64,000 nt of DNA, taken from assembly GCA_964016885.1 (NCBI GenBank), contig OZ024743.1, positions 248,558,001-248,622,000 on the forward strand, written 5' to 3'. This document shows positions 58,914 through 64,000 of the stretch, one piece after another (positions within the stretch are counted from its first letter, which is position 1; each line of letters starts with the position of its first letter). This stretch comes from Eledone cirrhosa (taxonomy: Eukaryota). The translations under genes and the position numbers were made by a program. Under the pieces are notes generated by a model, which saw only the letters and a list, made by a program, of their open reading frames with translations, ran no database searches and was not told the DNA's origin.

Positions 58914-61821
58914 TTTTACATTAACTTTCCACACTGATACTGACAAGTCAGAGCAACCTCATCTTTGTTCGTATGTTCCACATTTTGCATGGTTTCTCTG
59001 GCTGGATGCCCTTCCTAACATCAGCTACCTTACAGGGTGTACTGGATTTATTTAATTGTGGCACCACCACTTTACAGGGTGTACTGGGTGCATTTAATCA
59101 TGGCACTAACATTAGCAAGGTTGTCATATGCTCAGAATATTTGTCCCCGATGCTTAAACAGAAATCTATACGGCATTAGATTGTTGCTGTTTATAGTGTG
59201 GCTATAGTTCATATTAATTTAGTTGATACTAGCAGTGTTGATATTTTCAATGCTGCTGTTATTACTGATTATATCAACAGCACTGTTGTCAAATATAGCT
59301 GTTATCTTGGTTGTTATTGTTATGTTCACCACTCACTCCATTATCACCATTGTCAATAAACTACAATAAAAGGTTTGTCTGAATACCTTCTGCTTTGTTG
59401 CAAGTATAGTATATCTACACAGCTGTTGAAGCTCTAAAAGTAACAGTTTATATTTTCTAAGTATGAATATAGGTCAAATAAGTTTGAGTTATCAAAAAAT
59501 TTTGTGAACTATTTTGTGACTATATTTCTAATAAAATACACCATATTTCTATTTCAATTCCTTAATGAAGAATTTTGAAAGAATTATTAAAATTAAAAAT
59601 AGGGTAATAACTTCACATACAGTTCTTACATAAAATTATGGCAGAAGATCTTAACTTAAATACAACCTCTTTAAAATGGGTGGCTTTGTTTCATAGAACC
59701 AGGGCCAGTTTTGACTAGGTTGGTAACAAAAGGGTTGACAATCTCAATGTGGACACATTTTGAATCCATATTTAAGAAACAGATTAACCTATTACATTTC
59801 ATTGGTTGTTAGTTAAGTTGTACAAATTATTAATCATAAACTTATAACCAGTTGAGCAAGACACAGTATAAGCATTCTGAAACTGAAAGGAAAGGCATGT
59901 GTGTTGCATGTGTGATCTGTACCACGATTTATGGGAGTAAGACATGAGTGATGAAAATGGAACAGCAGAGAAGACTAGAAAGAGCAGAAATGAGAATGGT
60001 TTAGTGGATGAGTGGGGTATTACTAAGAAAGAGAAAAATAAACAAGGAATTGCAGAGAATGATAGGGATAGAGCCAGTGATGAATGTTGTGAAGAGAAAT
60101 AGAGTGAGATGAAAGTAACTGGGTGAAAGGAATGATGGAAATGAATGTGGAAGGAGGTAGAGAAAGGGTAAGACCAAAAACTACATGACTATATTTAGAG
60201 TTGAATAGCTCTAATATTACTGACAATTTTCCAATCGATCGATGCAATAACTAATTGTTCATATCTTTGTCAGAAATTTCTACTCAATCTGTGAAGTCAA
60301 GATCTTAACAATGATGTCAATTCTAATCTATTTTCAGTGTCATCCTCTCTGATATTCCCAGAAAAATGGGTAAAATATTCAACTGATGATTGATGACTAT
60401 TCAAAATCCTTTTAACTTGGCTATTGTGACCAGTTCTGACTATTATATATACAGCTGATTATTAGCACCAGCACATGGAACTAATGGTAATGCTGATAAA
60501 AACAAAAACTGGATTCTGATTTGTTTCTTTTAATTTCTCTTGGTCCATTAGATAAAATACTTGTTTATTAATGGCAGTGTCCCAGCATGGCCTCAGCCTG
60601 TCGGCTGGAACATATATTAGAGTAATAGAGTAATAGTACTCAAGGGAGGTAGATTGGCAGTCTCATTAGGAAATTAGACAAATACTTAGCAATATTTGTT
60701 CCATTTCTTTATTCTGAATTCAAACCTTGTCATGGTCAACTTTGCCTTTCATCCTTCCAAGATTGATGAATTACCAATCAAGTATTGGGATTAATATAAT
60801 CAACTTTCTTCCTCCCCCAAATTGCTAGCCTTATGCAAAAATTAGAAATCTTTTCTGTTCCTACTCTCACTAGCTAAATGTAGGATACCTATTTACAGAC
60901 ATGTGGACTCAGTCAGTGCGTGTTAAGTGACTTAGCTTTAAAAACAGCACAACACAACCAAAATGTGGCCAATTGCAGTTCTATTTCTTCTATAGATATT
61001 ATATTGTATATATTTCCCCCTTTCCTTACTCTACACATCTCTTATCCTGTTACAACAAAATTACCTAAGCACACATGTAGCTGTGATTTCAAGTATCTGC
61101 TGTCACACTTAAATGTTTTGCCAAATTGTCAGTAATATTTAAGCAATAGTGGAAGATGTCAGAATTGATAAATTGATGGATTAAAGGCTTAGCTTTAGAT
61201 ATGTCTATTGAGGCCTGCATTCATATCCCACAGATGTTAACTTTGCCTTTTCATCATTCCAGGATTGACGTCAATGCCAGTCAAGTACTAGGATAATTTA
61301 AATTGACATATTTTTTTCCTCCAAATTTGTGGCATTACACCAATGATGAGAATCAGTATGATAAGCCACAGAAAATAGGGTAAGCTCATAGCATGCTAAG
61401 TGTCTGAAATGATTTTAATGTCTGAATGAAAATAATTTCATTTCTTTATGCTGTCAATGCCCATGAGAAGAGCAAAAACATCACACAATATAATTTCCTT
61501 TCTCTCTAAATGTGTAGCCTTACTCCTAAACTAGATATCAATCTGATCAATTCTGGGTTATTACTGATAGTTGAGCATGTTCACCCATTTGAATGGTTGG
61601 TTTAAGCACCTTTAAAGAGGCAAACTTTCATGCTATAACACTGTCCTATTCACATCATTACAATACATATGTTACGTTTATAAATATCAAAAAACAACTT
61701 TATACAATACAAATATTTTATGTAAGGCATTGAATGCTGAATTAGAAAATAAAATCAATATAAACAAAATATATGATATCAATTCCACATTTTTACTGCA
61801 CTTTTACTTTATAATTTATTT

Positions 61822-64000
61822 GTGAAAGGCTACTAAATGAGGAGAATAAATGGGAGAAAGACAGTCTCCCCCACATCGACCCAATAGAGGGACCAGCAGT
61901 ATTAGTCGAGGGTAGTATAATAAGTAAGGCAATCAAAGATATTAAGACGGGTAAGGCGGCTGGGCCTTCGGAAATAGTTGCCGAGATGCTGAAGGCATCT
62001 GGTACGGTGGGACACACCATGGTCAACCGGATAGTTAACCAAGTCGTACAGAATGGGGTTGTTCCGAAGGACTGGCGTAGCAGCATCATCGTTAACTGTT
62101 ATAAGGGTAAAGGAGATGCCCTAGATAGGAGTAACTATAGAGGCATTAAATTAATCGACCAGGTCATGAAGGTCACGGAAAAAGTAATAGCGCAACTAAT
62201 CAGAGAGAGAATTGATCTAGATGAAATGCAGTTCGGGTTTGTGTCAGGCAAAAGTGCCACAGACGCTCTTTTCATTGTACGACAACTACAGGAGAAGTAC
62301 CTAGCTAAAAGTAAACCCCTATACTTAGCTTTTGTCGACTTGGAGAAAGCCTTCAACAGAGTCCCCCGTTCCATTATCTGGTGGGCTCTTAGAAAACTAG
62401 GTGTTGACGAATGGCTTGTGAGAGCTGTACAAGCCATGTATAAAGAAACAGTCAGCAAGGTTAGAATTAACAACGAATATAGTGAAGGGTTTAGCGTAAA
62501 AGTTGGCGTCCATCAGGGCTCTGTTCTCAGCCCCCTACTATTTATTATTGCCCTTCAGGCTATAACAGAGGAGTTCAAGACCGGTTGCCCATGGGAACTC
62601 CTATACGCAGATGACCTAACACTCATAGCTGAATCAATGGCCGAGCTAGAGAAGAAATTCCAAACATGGAAGCACGACCTAGAATCAAAAGGTCTTAAAA
62701 TTAACCTGGCTAAGACTAAAGTTGTAGTTTGTAAGAAAGAAAATAAGGCGGCGGTCCCTTCCGGGAAGTGGTCATGCTCAGTGTGTAGGAAAGGCGTAGG
62801 TAGAAACTCCATTTTGTGTCCCAAATGCAAAGTAGGGGTGCATAAAAGATGTAGTGGGATCACAGGTAAGCTAACTAAGAACATAGATTTTACATGTGGC
62901 CGGTGCTCTGGTGCAATAAGTAGCAGCAAGTGCCCACAAAATACTAGCTCTTTCAACTGCGCAGAGCGTTCTATAGAAATAGTGGACAGCTTCCGTTACC
63001 TGGGTGACAAAATCAGCAGTGGGGGAGGGTGCTCTGAAAGTACAGTAGCTAGAGTCAGAACTGGATGGAAAAAGTTCAGAGAGCTTATACCACTATTAGC
63101 TGCTAAAGGGTTCTCCCTAAAAATGAAAGGCAGGTTGTATGATGCCTGCATACGAACAGCAATGTTGCATGGCAGTGAGACCTGGGCATTGTGTGCAGAG
63201 GATATATGCAGACTAGAGAGGAACGAAGCTTGCATGCTCCGCTGGATGTGTAATAGTAATATACGTGAACGGCAAAGCATAAACGAACTAAGGAAACAAT
63301 TAGAAATAAGAGGGATCAGATGTTGTTTACTCGAGAGAAGGCTACGTTGGTATGGTCACGTGATACGCATGAAAGACGATAGCTGTATAACAAAGTGCAG
63401 GGCAATAAAGATAGACGGTAGCCACGGAATAGGCAGACCCAGAAAAACCTGGGACGAGCTGATAAATTCCGACCTCACACACTTACACCTCTCCAAGACA
63501 ATGTCGCTGGACCGAGACCTTTGGCGGTACTCAGTAATAGAGAAGACCCGCCTTACCTAAATACAAAGTAAAACCTACTACAGTCAGTAGGCATCTCTAA
63601 CAAAATACACCCCCGTCCCACCACCCCCACCCCATCCACACCGCCCCCTTTCAATGTAAAGTTATGTTGGTGCCACAACATCCAGGCCGAAACAAATGAG
63701 ATCGTGTAGGTGTCACGACAAAAAAACACACAGTTCACGCTGTAATGTGGCCGTGTAGGTAACACGGTAAAAACCTCCCAGCCTCACACTGTAAATGTGG
63801 TTGGTGTTAGGAAGGGCATCCAGCTGTAGAAAACCCGCCAGACAGTCCACGCTGTAATGTGGCCGTGTAGGCAACACGGTAAAAACCTCCCAGCCACACA
63901 CTGTAAATGTGGTTGGTGTTAGGAAGGGCATCCAGCTGTAGAAAACCCACCAGATAGTCCTATGCGAGCAAGATAATCACTCTTGCCTCAAGTGGGAAAA
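61822..64000 (+). mobile_element. RTE subfamily A, 5'-truncated; RT ORF open to 63560; 3' UTR runs off the window
   Basis: ORF 61986-63560 (frame open from about 61824) has [18 protein letters not shown] and YADD. The 3' UTR has a ~120-nt tandem duplication. Confidence 0.93.

Overview
This is AT-rich eukaryotic DNA, most likely an octopus intron; the species is inferred from the SINE and RTE repeat types and the long (TA)n tracts. There is no complete host gene, only one plausible minus-strand exon (9140-9237). The flanks (about 1-13 kb and 43-62 kb) hold mostly old, decayed SINEs, RTE/CR1 fragments, MITEs, a Tc1/mariner, a Tigger/pogo and a small Helitron. The centre (about 13.0-43.2 kb) is a nest of young elements, each bounded by (TA)nTG microsatellite totalling roughly 9.5 kb with consistent strand polarity. 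The nest contains: (1) a nearly intact Penelope-like element (RT + GIY-YIG, direct pseudo-LTRs, long poly-Asn insert, hammerhead-like motif); (2) two further families of short hammerhead-ribozyme units, one of them a perfect fold-back palindrome present twice; (3) a head-to-head pair of non-autonomous RTE-derived elements with TA tails; (4) a non-autonomous Helitron with a spliced STPR-like N-terminal ORF; (5) several RTE LINEs whose RT carries an internal C4HC3 (PHD-type) finger. All Ile/Tyr-repeat ORFs are microsatellite artefacts.
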